The notes beneath the pieces were generated by a model that saw only the letters and a list, made by a program, of their open reading frames with translations, searched no databases and was not told the DNA's origin. Both the position numbers and the translations under genes were made by a program. From assembly GCA_018394315.1 (NCBI GenBank), contig CP074575.1, positions 1,148,615 through 1,212,614 on the forward strand: 64,000 nt of DNA, in the 5' to 3' direction. This document shows positions 29,138 through 38,698 of the stretch, in pieces; the stretch's first letter is position 1, and every line of letters starts with the position of its first letter. This DNA is from Mycoplasmatota bacterium (lineage in GTDB: Bacteria; Bacillota_I; Bacilli_A; MAG-NZ).

Positions 29138-31018
29138 CTAATTACGATTGTTATAATAATCTTCGATTAGAATATTTTGAAATACATCAATCTTTTCATA
29201 CAATGCTTCATTTACATCTTTGTAATAATCATGTTGATTTACACTTGCGTTTACAATCGAGCTAGAGTAATTATATTCATTATCCAACCAACTATAATCT
29301 TTTAAAACTACAATAGGCTTACTTTGTTCATCCATAATATCCACCCCAAAGTAATTTCCAGGTTCATAATCAAGTCTAAACATATTTGCAACTGTAGGTA
29401 AGACATCATAAGTTGATCCGATTTTTGTAACTGTTTTTGAATCTACTTCTGGACTCCAAATTATTAATGGGAGGTTATGATAATCATATTCGTATTCTGC
29501 ATCAATATAATCTGTATACATATTATGTTCCAACATATATGGATAGTGATCTGAGAGTATTACAAAGACAGTATCAGCTAATCTACCACTAGAGCTCAAA
29601 TCATCATAAAACTTTGTTAGCATATTATCGAATTCCATTTGATAAGCACTATAAACTAAAATTTCTTTAGGTGTCCCCTCTTCTAACACAGCTTCTGCAA
29701 CTTTGTAATTATTAGAATAATATGACTTGTTCATTAAGTCCTTTTCTGTATATCCACCATGTCCAGAGAAGGAAATTATGAAATTATAAAATTTATCATT
29801 TGGTAAAATATAATCTTTTCCAAATTCGTAAATATTGCTGTCTATCTTTAAATCGATATTTAATGCATCACAATCATAGAATCGCTCAAAGCCTAATGAA
29901 TTATGTAATTCTGTTCTGTTATAAAATGCTCCTACATTGTTATGAAATGAATTTACTGAGTATCCACTACTTTTAAACAAATTAGCTAAGGAGTACGGAT
30001 ATTGATTATTTTGATAAATGTAACAGGTTGGACCGCTATATAGTGATGGGAGTAAACCTGTTTGAGATATAAACTCTGAATCACACGTAGTTCGTGGATA
30101 AGCTGGTACGTAGAAGTTTTCAAAATATAAGCCAGTATCTTGCATCATATGCAATGTAGGCGTTAATTCTGGATTCAGTATGTTTACATTAAGTGATTCA
30201 GCAAGAATAAAAATTACATTTTTATCCTCAAATATACCGGTGTATTCATTCTCGTTTTTTTCGATTTTACTGTTCTCAAAGTAAGTCGATATTTCTTCTA
30301 AAACTTCATTATCATTATCATTTCCCTTGTTCAAAATCATTAGTTCAATATCGCGCTTGAGGTGACCATATATACCGAATTCCTCTATAGACATATCTTT
30401 TCTAAAAAGAGTTTCATATAAGTATACTTTATTATCTATAATCTGCCATTTAGTGTTCTCGCTGTTATAAATAATTGTTCTTCCTAGAAAACTAGTGCTT
30501 AGAAAGAGTATTAACAATACTAGAAATAATAGCCTATTTGTATTTTTTTTGACTCTCTTGATTAACTTTATTGAGAAATATGATGAGATAATGGCAAATA
30601 GAATGATTAAAATATAGTCGAATTTAAAATGTCTACTCACATCATTAAAGAAAATATCTGCATCACTATAATAGTTATGAGTATCTTGAAGCATTAATAC
30701 TTGCCGTATAGATATAAACTCTTTGAATAGACCATAATATACTCTATTAGCAATCATATATATAGTAACTAATAAATATATTAAAATAATATATACACTC
30801 TTTATTTTAGTGGGTATAATAACTAATATTGCCGATAATAAAGAAAGAAAAGCAATTGAATATAGTAGTGATATACCTTTTAAAAACTTGAAATCTTCTA
30901 GTATTAAATATATTTGATATCTATTGAAATACTCAATGATAATGAGCCCTGCTGCAAAGACTATTATGTATAATAAACTCGTACTTTGCTTTTTTGATTT
31001 TCTAAAAATATTCTCCAC
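29138..31018 (-). CDS. LTA synthase (LtaS)-family membrane protein with sulfatase-like domain
   Basis: Five N-terminal TM segments; NVIFILAES, TP.L, catalytic-Thr region TTCDSEF, FH.N...FYNR, SDHYP, DVLPT. Confidence 0.85.
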   Translation of the reverse strand: MENIFRKSKKQSTSLLYIIVFAAGLIIIEYFNRYQIYLILEDFKFLKGISLLYSIAFLSLLSAILVIIPTKIKSVYIILIYLLVTIYMIANRVYYGLFKEFISIRQVLMLQDTHNYYSDADIFFNDVSRHFKFDYILIILFAIISSYFSIKLIKRVKKNTNRLLFLVLLILFLSTSFLGRTIIYNSENTKWQIIDNKVYLYETLFRKDMSIEEFGIYGHLKRDIELMILNKGNDNDNEVLEEISTYFENSKIEKNENEYTGIFEDKNVIFILAESLNVNILNPELTPTLHMMQDTGLYFENFYVPAYPRTTCDSEFISQTGLLPSLYSGPTCYIYQNNQYPYSLANLFKSSGYSVNSFHNNVGAFYNRTELHNSLGFERFYDCDALNIDLKIDSNIYEFGKDYILPNDKFYNFIISFSGHGGYTEKDLMNKSYYSNNYKVAEAVLEEGTPKEILVYSAYQMEFDNMLTKFYDDLSSSGRLADTVFVILSDHYPYMLEHNMYTDYIDAEYEYDYHNLPLIIWSPEVDSKTVTKIGSTYDVLPTVANMFRLDYEPGNYFGVDIMDEQSKPIVVLKDYSWLDNEYNYSSSIVNASVNQHDYYKDVNEALYEKIDVFQNILIEDYYNNRN

Positions 31019-31326
31019 GATAAAATCTCCCTATCCATCTAACTTGATTTTCTAATCTGACATCTCCTCTAATGTTAGGTTAGTTTGAATAAGAGTTTAG
31101 GATGCTATTTAAACGCTCTATAGTGTTTACTGCCTATGAACTCTATTCTCATACTATTATAATACATTATTCTTTTATTTGTAAGTAATATTCTTTATTA
31201 AATATAAGCATTAGCTTGATGAGGTAGTTTATAGTTCCTTTTAAGGTTATAAGTTTAATCTTTCAATTGAAAATATTTATTAAGTAATAATGGGGTCAAA
31301 CAATAGTTGTTTTTTTATGCTTCATT

Positions 31327-31405
31327 CCATTTCGAAATATATCGAAATGAATTGACAAATATGGAATTAAATGATAAAATCCATTTAGATAGATATCGAA
31401 TTAAA
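31327..31405 (+). promoter_or_regulatory. Promoter flanked by two ArsR-type operator copies
   Basis: TTGACA(31352)-17-TAAAAT with extended TG; CATTTCGAAATATATCGAAATG upstream and CATTTAGATAGATATCGAATT downstream. Confidence 0.65.
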
Positions 31406-31420
31406 TAGAAGGAGAACATT

Positions 31421-31825
31421 ATGATTATGAATAAATTAAAGAAAGATTATTTTAAGATTGTAGATCTAAAACTTGATGAGGCCACGAAAAAGATTGAATA
31501 TCTTATTACTCAGGATAGGCTAGATGAAGCTAATCACGAAAAAATAAGACGTAATGTAATTGACATCTTTAAAAAGATGTATGATGTTAGTCTCAAAAAA
31601 GTTTATAGTTATGAAAATAAATCAGTTGAGGATATGAATCTTAAAGAATTTAGAAAAACATATTTAGAGTTTTTTGATACTATTCCAATGACATGGCTCT
31701 CAAGCTTACAAAAAGCTAAAGAGAATAACGACCATGAGAAGATTTTTATTGAAGAACTGAAAATTGAAACGAAAGACAAAGTTAAATCATATTTTGAAGA
31801 GTGTTGGGAGGGACTTTATGTTTGA
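31421..31825 (+). CDS. Hypothetical helical protein
   Basis: SD AAGGAG; overlaps the downstream ArsR gene. Confidence 0.75.
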   Translation: MIMNKLKKDYFKIVDLKLDEATKKIEYLITQDRLDEANHEKIRRNVIDIFKKMYDVSLKKVYSYENKSVEDMNLKEFRKTYLEFFDTIPMTWLSSLQKAKENNDHEKIFIEELKIETKDKVKSYFEECWEGLYV

Positions 31826-32372
31826 TAATTCCATCAAAATTTTTAAGTCTCTTTCAGACAATTCGAGACTACGAATTGTAAATAATCTGCTTAATGGACC
31901 TATGTACGTTGAACTGCTTTCTGAGCGATTAAACCTTTCACCTTCTACTGTGTCGTTTCATTTAAAAAAATTAGAAGGAGCTGGACTTGTATTTCCTAAG
32001 AAAGAGCAATACTATGTAGTCTATCATCTAAATGAAGAAATATTAAATAAGAACCTATTAAGCTTAGTAAAAATTAAAGATGAGGAGAGAGAAAAACAAG
32101 ACAGAAGACAAGAAGAATATAGAGGTAAAATAATAAAAAATTTTTTTGAATATGGAAAGTTAAAGAGTATTCCAGTTCAAAGAAAAAAGAGACTAGTTAT
32201 AATAAGTGAAATTAGTAAGGCTTTTGAATTTGGTAAGGAATACACTGAAAAAGAAGTAAACTTGATTATATCTAAATTTCATGGTGATTTCTGCACAATT
32301 AGAAGAGAATTTATATCGGAAAAATTATTTACACGAGAGAATAATATATATATAAAAGTAAAAGAATTATAA
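31818..32372 (+). CDS. ArsR/SmtB-family regulator with C-terminal DUF2087 domain
   Basis: FKSLSD.SRLRI, STVSFHLKKL, then LKSIP..RKK, YTEKEVN and D.CT.RRE. Confidence 0.85.
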   Translation: MFDNSIKIFKSLSDNSRLRIVNNLLNGPMYVELLSERLNLSPSTVSFHLKKLEGAGLVFPKKEQYYVVYHLNEEILNKNLLSLVKIKDEEREKQDRRQEEYRGKIIKNFFEYGKLKSIPVQRKKRLVIISEISKAFEFGKEYTEKEVNLIISKFHGDFCTIRREFISEKLFTRENNIYIKVKEL

Positions 32373-32387
32373 AATCTATTATAAAGT

Positions 32388-32425
32388 AAATCGCCATTAA
32401 TCTTCGCTGTTTATGGCGATTTTTT
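32388..32425 (+). terminator. Intrinsic terminator
   Basis: AAATCGCCAT...ATGGCGATTT plus a T run. Confidence 0.7.
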
Positions 32426-32566
32426 ATTAAGTTCACTTTTACTGTCTTTATTCTAATTTTAATGTATGATTTTATTGTGATATAGTGTAAATGTCAAATA
32501 TTTTCATAATTTGACAATGTTCTTGATGAATCAATGGGATATATGATGGAAAGTGAGGTTTTAAAT

Positions 32567-33058
32567 GTGAAAAAATTGGTAATTATACATGGTCCTCCTG
32601 GCGTTGGGAAGACAACGGTGTGTAAATCGTTATATAAGAATGTTGATAGATCTGTTTGGTTAGATGCTGACTGGTGCTGGATGATGAATCCTTTTGAAGT
32701 AACTGATGAGAACAAGCAGATGGTAGTGGATAATATTATTCATCTGTTGAGAAACTTTCTAAATAACTCTTCTCTTGATTATGTTATTTTCTGTTGGGTT
32801 ATTCATAAGGAATTTATATTTGATATTATCTTAAAGGGATTGTCTGATTTGAATTTTGAGTTGCAAAAAATTACATTAACATGTTCCTCAGAGTCACTTA
32901 GAAATAGAATGGAAAATGATAATCGTACAAAACACCAAATTAATTCAAGTATAGAATCAATGAAAGATTACTATGATTTTGATACATTGAAAATCGATAC
33001 AACAGAGAAAAAAATAAAAGACGTAGTAAGCGAGATTGAAAACATAGTCGTGAGGTGA
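32567..33058 (+). CDS. P-loop kinase/AAA-family small ATPase
   Basis: Walker A GPPGVGKTT, LDADWCW.M.PF; GTG start after SD GAGG. Confidence 0.8.
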   Translation: MKKLVIIHGPPGVGKTTVCKSLYKNVDRSVWLDADWCWMMNPFEVTDENKQMVVDNIIHLLRNFLNNSSLDYVIFCWVIHKEFIFDIILKGLSDLNFELQKITLTCSSESLRNRMENDNRTKHQINSSIESMKDYYDFDTLKIDTTEKKIKDVVSEIENIVVR

Positions 33059-33063
33059 TATGT

Positions 33064-33501
33064 GTGAAAGATTACGAAATTATAGAAGTGAATGAAGATA
33101 GTAAAGAGAAGTTGTTTAGGTTGTTAGAATGGAGAAAGACAGGTAAAGAGAACATTGACTTAATTAAGAAAAATGAATATGGGACTCTTTGTAGTGATTA
33201 CTTTAAAGTATTAGTTGTTGAGAAAGACGATCAATTTATTGCTTATATAACAATAACTATTATTCCTAAACCTGATGAAAGGCTTGGTACACTATATGTT
33301 GATGAATTATGGGTTCCGCAGAAATATCGTAGACGAGGTTTAGCTAAGGCATTAATTGAAAAAGCAAGTGAATATGCTAAAGATATGGGACTTTGGAGAG
33401 TAAGATTGATAGTTGGATATGAAAATACCAATGCAAGAGAATTTTATAAAAGTGTGGGATTTGTAGAATCTTCAGCTATGTTTTGTGAGAAAAATCTTTA
33501 A
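33064..33501 (+). CDS. GNAT-family N-acetyltransferase
   Basis: LWV..KYRRRGLAKALI and N..AREFYKSVGF motifs. Confidence 0.88.
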   Translation: MKDYEIIEVNEDSKEKLFRLLEWRKTGKENIDLIKKNEYGTLCSDYFKVLVVEKDDQFIAYITITIIPKPDERLGTLYVDELWVPQKYRRRGLAKALIEKASEYAKDMGLWRVRLIVGYENTNAREFYKSVGFVESSAMFCEKNL

Positions 33502-33513
33502 TCAAGATAGAAA

Positions 33514-33744
33514 ATGCAACAAGTTGATTTCAGGACAAATCATTATATTATCGGAGAAGAAAATGCTTTGAAATATAGTTTAAGTATAGGTGATGAAATG
33601 AATTTACAATTAATGGAATACGAATTGTTCAAACAAATGAATGAGTCGGAAGGAACAACTATTGTTCAAGTAACACATTCACCTAAATCTACTGAATATG
33701 GGTCTAGGATAATTCTCGTTAAAGATGGAAATGTTTCTAGTTAG
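33514..33744 (+). pseudogene. ORF ending in a C-terminal fragment of a LolD/MacB-type ABC ATPase
   Basis: ELFKQMNE.EGTTIVQVTHS...YG.RII.VKDG is the H-loop region; no Walker A or signature motif present. Confidence 0.6.
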
Positions 33745-33909
33745 TATTTAAAATAAAAATATAAGTGAAAGTTCAATTAATAGAAGTCTAGAGAGTAATC
33801 TGACTTCTATTTTTTCACCCTTATTTATAGAAGAAAATATATCATATTATAGATATTAAATGATATAATTAAATGAAAATAATGATATTTTAGAAAAAGG
33901 AGACTAGAT

Positions 33910-34482
33910 ATGGTTACCCAATTTGATTTAAGGAACATAGGAGATAGAAATCCTGTAGTAGAGTTAGAAAAGGAACTCAGTAACATTAAATCTGGTAACA
34001 GAATTGTTTGTATTGTTACCAATGATTCTACTAAGAATATTATAGAAAATATGCTTAGTAAGAAGGGGTACTCGTTTAAAACTACATTTCTAAGAGAAGA
34101 TTTTTATATTGAGTTTATAAATGAAGTAAAAACTAAGGATGAGTATAGAGATTACGTTGTTGTGATAGATAAATTATATATGGGAGAAGCCGAAAAAGAA
34201 TTAGGAAAAGGGTTACTGAAATCATTCATCTATACCCTATGTGAAATGAACGATTTACCAACTCATGTTTTACTTTATAACGAAGGTGTTAAATTGGTTT
34301 CCGATAAATCAGAACTTATTAACAAATTCACTTCATTAAGTGAAAAAGGAGTAGAGATATTGTGTTGTGGATCATGTTTGAAATATTTTGAACTTGTTGA
34401 AAAAATTAAAACAGGAAGAATATCTAATATGTTCGAGATAATAAGTGTACAAATTAATGCCAGTAAAATTATTAAGCCATAA
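33910..34482 (+). CDS. yedF: YedF-family selenium-metabolism sulfurtransferase-like protein
   Basis: SirA-like N-domain plus DsrE-like C-domain: MG....ELG..LLKSFIYTL, YNEGVKL, CGSCL.YF, G.ISNMFEI. Confidence 0.8.
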   Translation: MVTQFDLRNIGDRNPVVELEKELSNIKSGNRIVCIVTNDSTKNIIENMLSKKGYSFKTTFLREDFYIEFINEVKTKDEYRDYVVVIDKLYMGEAEKELGKGLLKSFIYTLCEMNDLPTHVLLYNEGVKLVSDKSELINKFTSLSEKGVEILCCGSCLKYFELVEKIKTGRISNMFEIISVQINASKIIKP

Positions 34483-34724
34483 TGAAACATATAATTACAT
34501 TTGAGAAAGAAAATATGGTATTTAAGTCTCATGAACTACTGAAAGAAAAGCTTGAGATTGAATTGATTCCATTACCAATTTATATAGAAATCAACTACTA
34601 TAATGGGATAGCACCATGTGGTTTTTGCTTATTGATTAGTGACTTTGATTTAGCTCAAGTAAAAAGTATATTATTTCTTGAAAATATAACAATAGACAAG
34701 TTGATTAGATTAGATGAATTTTAA
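34482..34724 (+). CDS. DUF3343-like small protein
   Basis: IITF, LIPLP..I and CG..L pattern; adjacent to yedF. Confidence 0.6.
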   Translation: MKHIITFEKENMVFKSHELLKEKLEIELIPLPIYIEINYYNGIAPCGFCLLISDFDLAQVKSILFLENITIDKLIRLDEF

Positions 34725-34747
34725 TTTTAGAATCTGGAGATGAAACA

Positions 34748-35248
34748 ATGAAAAGAAGTAAGAAAATTTTATTAGTTAGTCATTGTATCTTAAACCAAAA
34801 TAGTGTTGTTGAACCTTTAGCTAGAGATGGAAAAGGTATCTTTAATAAGTTGAAACCATTTATAGATGATGGATATGGAATAGTTCAACTACCATGTCCA
34901 GAGCTTAAGTGTTTTGGCTTAAGAAGATGGGGTCATGTTAAGAATCAGTTTGACTTTCCGCACTTTAAAGATTATTCAAGAGAATTATTAAAAGAATATG
35001 TTAATGATATTGTGAGTTATCTAGATAATGGGTATGACATTTACGGAGTAGCTGGTATTGAAGGGAGCCCATCATGTGGTTGTACTGTTACTTGTTCTTC
35101 GGATGATTGGAAAGGTGATGTAACTACATCCAGTAACACAGTTAAAATGATTAACGGAAAGGGAATCTTTATGACGGTGTTTAAAAATATGTTGAGTAAG
35201 AAAAACATAAATCTAAACTTTTTCGATCTAGTAAAAATGAATGACTAG
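34748..35248 (+). CDS. TudS-related (DUF523-like, CD3072-type) putative Fe-S desulfidase
   Basis: SHCILNQN, QLPCPE, GSPSCG and GIFM motifs. Confidence 0.75.
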   Translation: MKRSKKILLVSHCILNQNSVVEPLARDGKGIFNKLKPFIDDGYGIVQLPCPELKCFGLRRWGHVKNQFDFPHFKDYSRELLKEYVNDIVSYLDNGYDIYGVAGIEGSPSCGCTVTCSSDDWKGDVTTSSNTVKMINGKGIFMTVFKNMLSKKNINLNFFDLVKMND

Positions 35249-35283
35249 AAAATTCACTTTTTATATATAGAAAATACTTGATC

Positions 35284-35309
35284 AACGACCATAGAGGTCG
35301 TTTTTTTTC
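35284..35309 (+). terminator. Intrinsic terminator
   Basis: AACGACC-ATAGA-GGTCGTT plus a T run. Confidence 0.75.
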
Positions 35310-35432
35310 TTCGAGTATAAGAAGTCATAAGCCTTCTTGCTTATACTTGTGAAATGTTCCTTTGAATGAAAGAGAAATACTTGGGAAAAATATTTTAAAA
35401 CTTTTTACTGAGTAAAGAGAAAGTTGGATAAT

Positions 35433-36353
35433 ATGAAAAAGACAATCAAGATGATCGTTATATTCTTTTCAGTCTGCTTATTAGGGATAGTGTGGCAATT
35501 TGGTACAATTGTTTTTCAAGAAGGAAATCCCATCCCCATAGTATCTAGCATTATAAAGCTTGAGTCTGGAAAAGATGACTATATTGAAATTACTGATAAT
35601 AGATTTATTACCAAAACAAGTAGCAATGATAACTTCTTTGATTTTCTAGAACAAGAACATAATGTAATAGAAACAACACAAATGGGGGCTGGATATTTCT
35701 TTAGTGGTAATAATAAAGGGATAATGTTAGAGAGTAGGAAATTTACTAGTTCTTATACTCTTTGGAACTTAAATGTTTTCAACTCCTCTGACATAAGCTT
35801 AGATCAATATGATTTATTGGTGAGGTTTAGAGATGACAGATCTGTTTATTATGGTGGTCCAAAGTATGATAAAAAGATTATTCTAAAAAGCGAAGATGGA
35901 ATCGAATTCTTATGTAAGGGATATATACCAAGACCTATTTTAAACTCAAATAATGAAATGATAGCTTATATAGATAATATTTCATTTGAAGAGATTGGTA
36001 ATGCTTTTATATTTGACAATAATACAAAAAAGATTATAAATATCACAAAGTTATCATATAGCAGTAATAATACTGTAAAAGATATCGAGTGGCTAGATGA
36101 AGATAATCTTTTATTAGTGATAGGGTATGCATATGGGACAGTAACAAAAGGTGGGAATGTATATCGATTCAATTTAATTGATAAGGAATTAAAATTGATT
36201 GATAATAACTTAGAAGATAGTAGTGAGATTGTAGATATATTAATTGATGGAGATAAAATTGTTCTTAGAGGAATTAAATGGAGTGATGAAAATTATCTAC
36301 AGTATGATTATTTTAGCATTATACTGACGTGTGATGATATTTTTACATTTTGA
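35433..36353 (+). CDS. Secreted or membrane-anchored protein with DUF4652-like C-terminal domain
   Basis: N-terminal hydrophobic segment; W.D...LL..IG..YGTV..GG.VY motif. Start uncertain (35424 or 35433). Confidence 0.6.
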   Translation: MKKTIKMIVIFFSVCLLGIVWQFGTIVFQEGNPIPIVSSIIKLESGKDDYIEITDNRFITKTSSNDNFFDFLEQEHNVIETTQMGAGYFFSGNNKGIMLESRKFTSSYTLWNLNVFNSSDISLDQYDLLVRFRDDRSVYYGGPKYDKKIILKSEDGIEFLCKGYIPRPILNSNNEMIAYIDNISFEEIGNAFIFDNNTKKIINITKLSYSSNNTVKDIEWLDEDNLLLVIGYAYGTVTKGGNVYRFNLIDKELKLIDNNLEDSSEIVDILIDGDKIVLRGIKWSDENYLQYDYFSIILTCDDIFTF

Positions 36354-36397
36354 ATAAATATGTTTATAAAGAAAACCTCTTCATAGTATAAAGAGGT

Positions 36398-37420
36398 TTA
36401 TTTTTTATTAAATGAATCTATTATTTGTTCTGCAATTCTATCATATGTTTTACTTAACTCATCAGTTTCCAAGAATAAAGAATGATACTTACCATTAGTT
36501 GGTTGTGTAAGTGGAATTTGTTCTAGTAATTCAATACCAAGTTCCTTGGATACTTGTTGTCCTCCACCGTTTCCAAAAACGTTATGTTTATTACCATCTA
36601 TTTCTAGGTAAGACATGTTTTCAATAACACCAATAATAGGGTGTCTTAATTCTTTAGCCATTAGTCCAGCTCTAACCGCAACATGTGATGCACTGGGATG
36701 AGGAGTTGTAACTAATAGTTGACGTGTTTGAGGGATTAATTGTTGAATATCCATCGCAACATCACCTGTACCTGGTGGTAAATCAATTAATATATATTCA
36801 ATATCAGCTGACCACTTCACATCATTTAAGAAATGTTTAAGAAGCTTTTGCAACATAGGTCCACGCCACATAATTGGCTTATTACCATCCACTAACATAG
36901 CTGTTGTTATTACCTCTATACCTTCTTTTAATACTGGGATAATCAAATTCTCTCTTTGAGTAGGAAGTTTAGTTATTTCCATTACTTGATTTATGCTACT
37001 ACCATATATATCAGCATCAATTATACCTACTTTTTTACCCATTCTAGACAGGGCTACACCTATATTAGCCGTTAAAGTTGATTTTCCAACTCCACCTTTT
37101 CCTGACGCAACTGCTAAGAAATTAACTTTTGAGTTTGGAGCAAGTATTGTTGTTTCTCCCGCTGCTCTTGTATTTAATTTAGTATACTCTACTCTAACCC
37201 CACTAAATCCCAACTCTAATTTTAAGATTTTCATCAATTCATATTGGAAATCATCTTTTTTGGGAGAAGTATCATCAGCTAACGCAATAATTAGATAAAC
37301 TTTATTATTCTCTTTATCTATGGTGATTTTTCTGATACCACCATTTGACTTTAGTGTTTTACCACTTGTTGGATCTATTAGACCACTTAGTTTTTCAGTT
37401 ATTTGTTTTTCTGTTATCAA
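36398..37420 (-). CDS. mrp: Mrp/NBP35-family ATPase (SalA-like, no C-terminal CxxC)
   Basis: ASGKGGVGKST, DADIYG, WRGPM, DLPPGTGD, VTTP and ENMSY; TTG start with SD AGGAGG. Confidence 0.88.
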   Translation of the reverse strand: MITEKQITEKLSGLIDPTSGKTLKSNGGIRKITIDKENNKVYLIIALADDTSPKKDDFQYELMKILKLELGFSGVRVEYTKLNTRAAGETTILAPNSKVNFLAVASGKGGVGKSTLTANIGVALSRMGKKVGIIDADIYGSSINQVMEITKLPTQRENLIIPVLKEGIEVITTAMLVDGNKPIMWRGPMLQKLLKHFLNDVKWSADIEYILIDLPPGTGDVAMDIQQLIPQTRQLLVTTPHPSASHVAVRAGLMAKELRHPIIGVIENMSYLEIDGNKHNVFGNGGGQQVSKELGIELLEQIPLTQPTNGKYHSLFLETDELSKTYDRIAEQIIDSFNKK

Positions 37421-37563
37421 GGTAAACTTGCCTCCTTTTAATTTATAGTATTATCATAAATTATTTAGTCTATTTAAACAAACAATATACAAAAAATAAA
37501 TCCTATTCTTTGAAAAACCTGAGTGATTATTGACAAAAATTATGAAAAGGTATAATATTTAAG

Positions 37564-37577
37564 TGAGCATATGCACA
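37564..37577. promoter_or_regulatory. Palindromic operator upstream of the DUF134 operon
   Basis: TGAGCATATGCACA lies just downstream of TTGACA(37530)/TATAAT(37551) elements. Confidence 0.55.
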
Positions 37578-37598
37578 TAATAGCGAAAGGAGAAAAAT

Positions 37599-38285
37599 AT
37601 GACTAGAGTTAGAAAAAAGAGATACTGTAGACGACTTGACAATGGAAAAGTTTATAAACCACATACCTTAGTGAACAACCAAGAAGAAGTATATATTGAG
37701 CTAGATGAGTTCGAGGCTATAAGACTCTGTGATCATGAAGACTATAGTCAAGTTGATGCAAGTAAGGAAATGGAAGTCTCACGAGCAACAATCCAACGAT
37801 TACTTAAGTCAGGTAGATTTAAGGTGATAGATGCTCTATTACATTATAAAGTTATAAATGTAAAAAATGAGACTCATAATATTAAATTAAAAGGAGAAAA
37901 CAACATGAAAACAAATTTTAAAGATGAATTGAGAATTGCATTTCCAACATCAGATGAGGAGAGAGTAGATGAACATTTTGGACATTGTAAATCTTTTGCG
38001 ATTTTCACAGTTAAAGAGGGAAAAGTTCTAAAGAAAGAATTTGTACAAGCACCACCACATGCCCCAGGTGTACTTCCAAGATTTCTAGGTGAGCTTAACG
38101 CCTCAACTATTATCACTGGTGGAATGGGACAAATGGCAATCAATCTATTTAAAGAGCAGGGAATTGAAGTAATACTTGGAGCTAGAGGAAGTATCATTGA
38201 AAATTTAAATGAATATTTAGGTGGAGAACTAGAATCAGAAGGTTCAGCTTGTGATCACCATCACGATGAAAGTTGTAGCCATTAA
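37599..38285 (+). CDS. DUF134 HTH protein fused to a NifB/NifX-family domain
   Basis: DEFEAIRL.D...Q..AS.EM.VSR.T.QR, then RIAFP, HFGHC, TGGMG and a His-rich tail. Confidence 0.85.
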   Translation: MTRVRKKRYCRRLDNGKVYKPHTLVNNQEEVYIELDEFEAIRLCDHEDYSQVDASKEMEVSRATIQRLLKSGRFKVIDALLHYKVINVKNETHNIKLKGENNMKTNFKDELRIAFPTSDEERVDEHFGHCKSFAIFTVKEGKVLKKEFVQAPPHAPGVLPRFLGELNASTIITGGMGQMAINLFKEQGIEVILGARGSIIENLNEYLGGELESEGSACDHHHDESCSH

Positions 38286-38309
38286 CCTTATTAAGAAAGG
38301 AGTGTCATT

Positions 38310-38684
38310 ATGAGAATTGCGGTATGTGCTAAAGATGAAGGTCTGAATTCTTTAGTCTCAGATAGATTCGGTAGATCTGAAAAATTTGTGATTTTTGATA
38401 CAACAAATCAAGAGTATATAACAATTGAAAATAGTGCAAAAAATGAGTCTGGCGGAGCGGGAGGAAGTGCAGTTAGATTATTAGATAAAAACAAGGTAGA
38501 TATTATTTTGGTTCCAGAGTTAGGTCCTAAGGCGATGGATGCTATAAATGCTTATGAGTTGAAAGTATATTCATTTGGTGACTCTATTACTGTTGAAGAA
38601 GCTATTAATGGATTTAGTGATGCAAAATTAGAAAGAATTTTAACAAACACTAATGATGGTCACCGTGGATTACGTAGAGTTTAA
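38310..38684 (+). CDS. NifB/NifX-family FeMo-cofactor-binding-like protein
   Basis: MRIAV, RFGRS..F.I.D, GAG and GPKA motifs. Confidence 0.85.
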   Translation: MRIAVCAKDEGLNSLVSDRFGRSEKFVIFDTTNQEYITIENSAKNESGGAGGSAVRLLDKNKVDIILVPELGPKAMDAINAYELKVYSFGDSITVEEAINGFSDAKLERILTNTNDGHRGLRRV

Positions 38685-38698
38685 AGGAAGATAAATTT

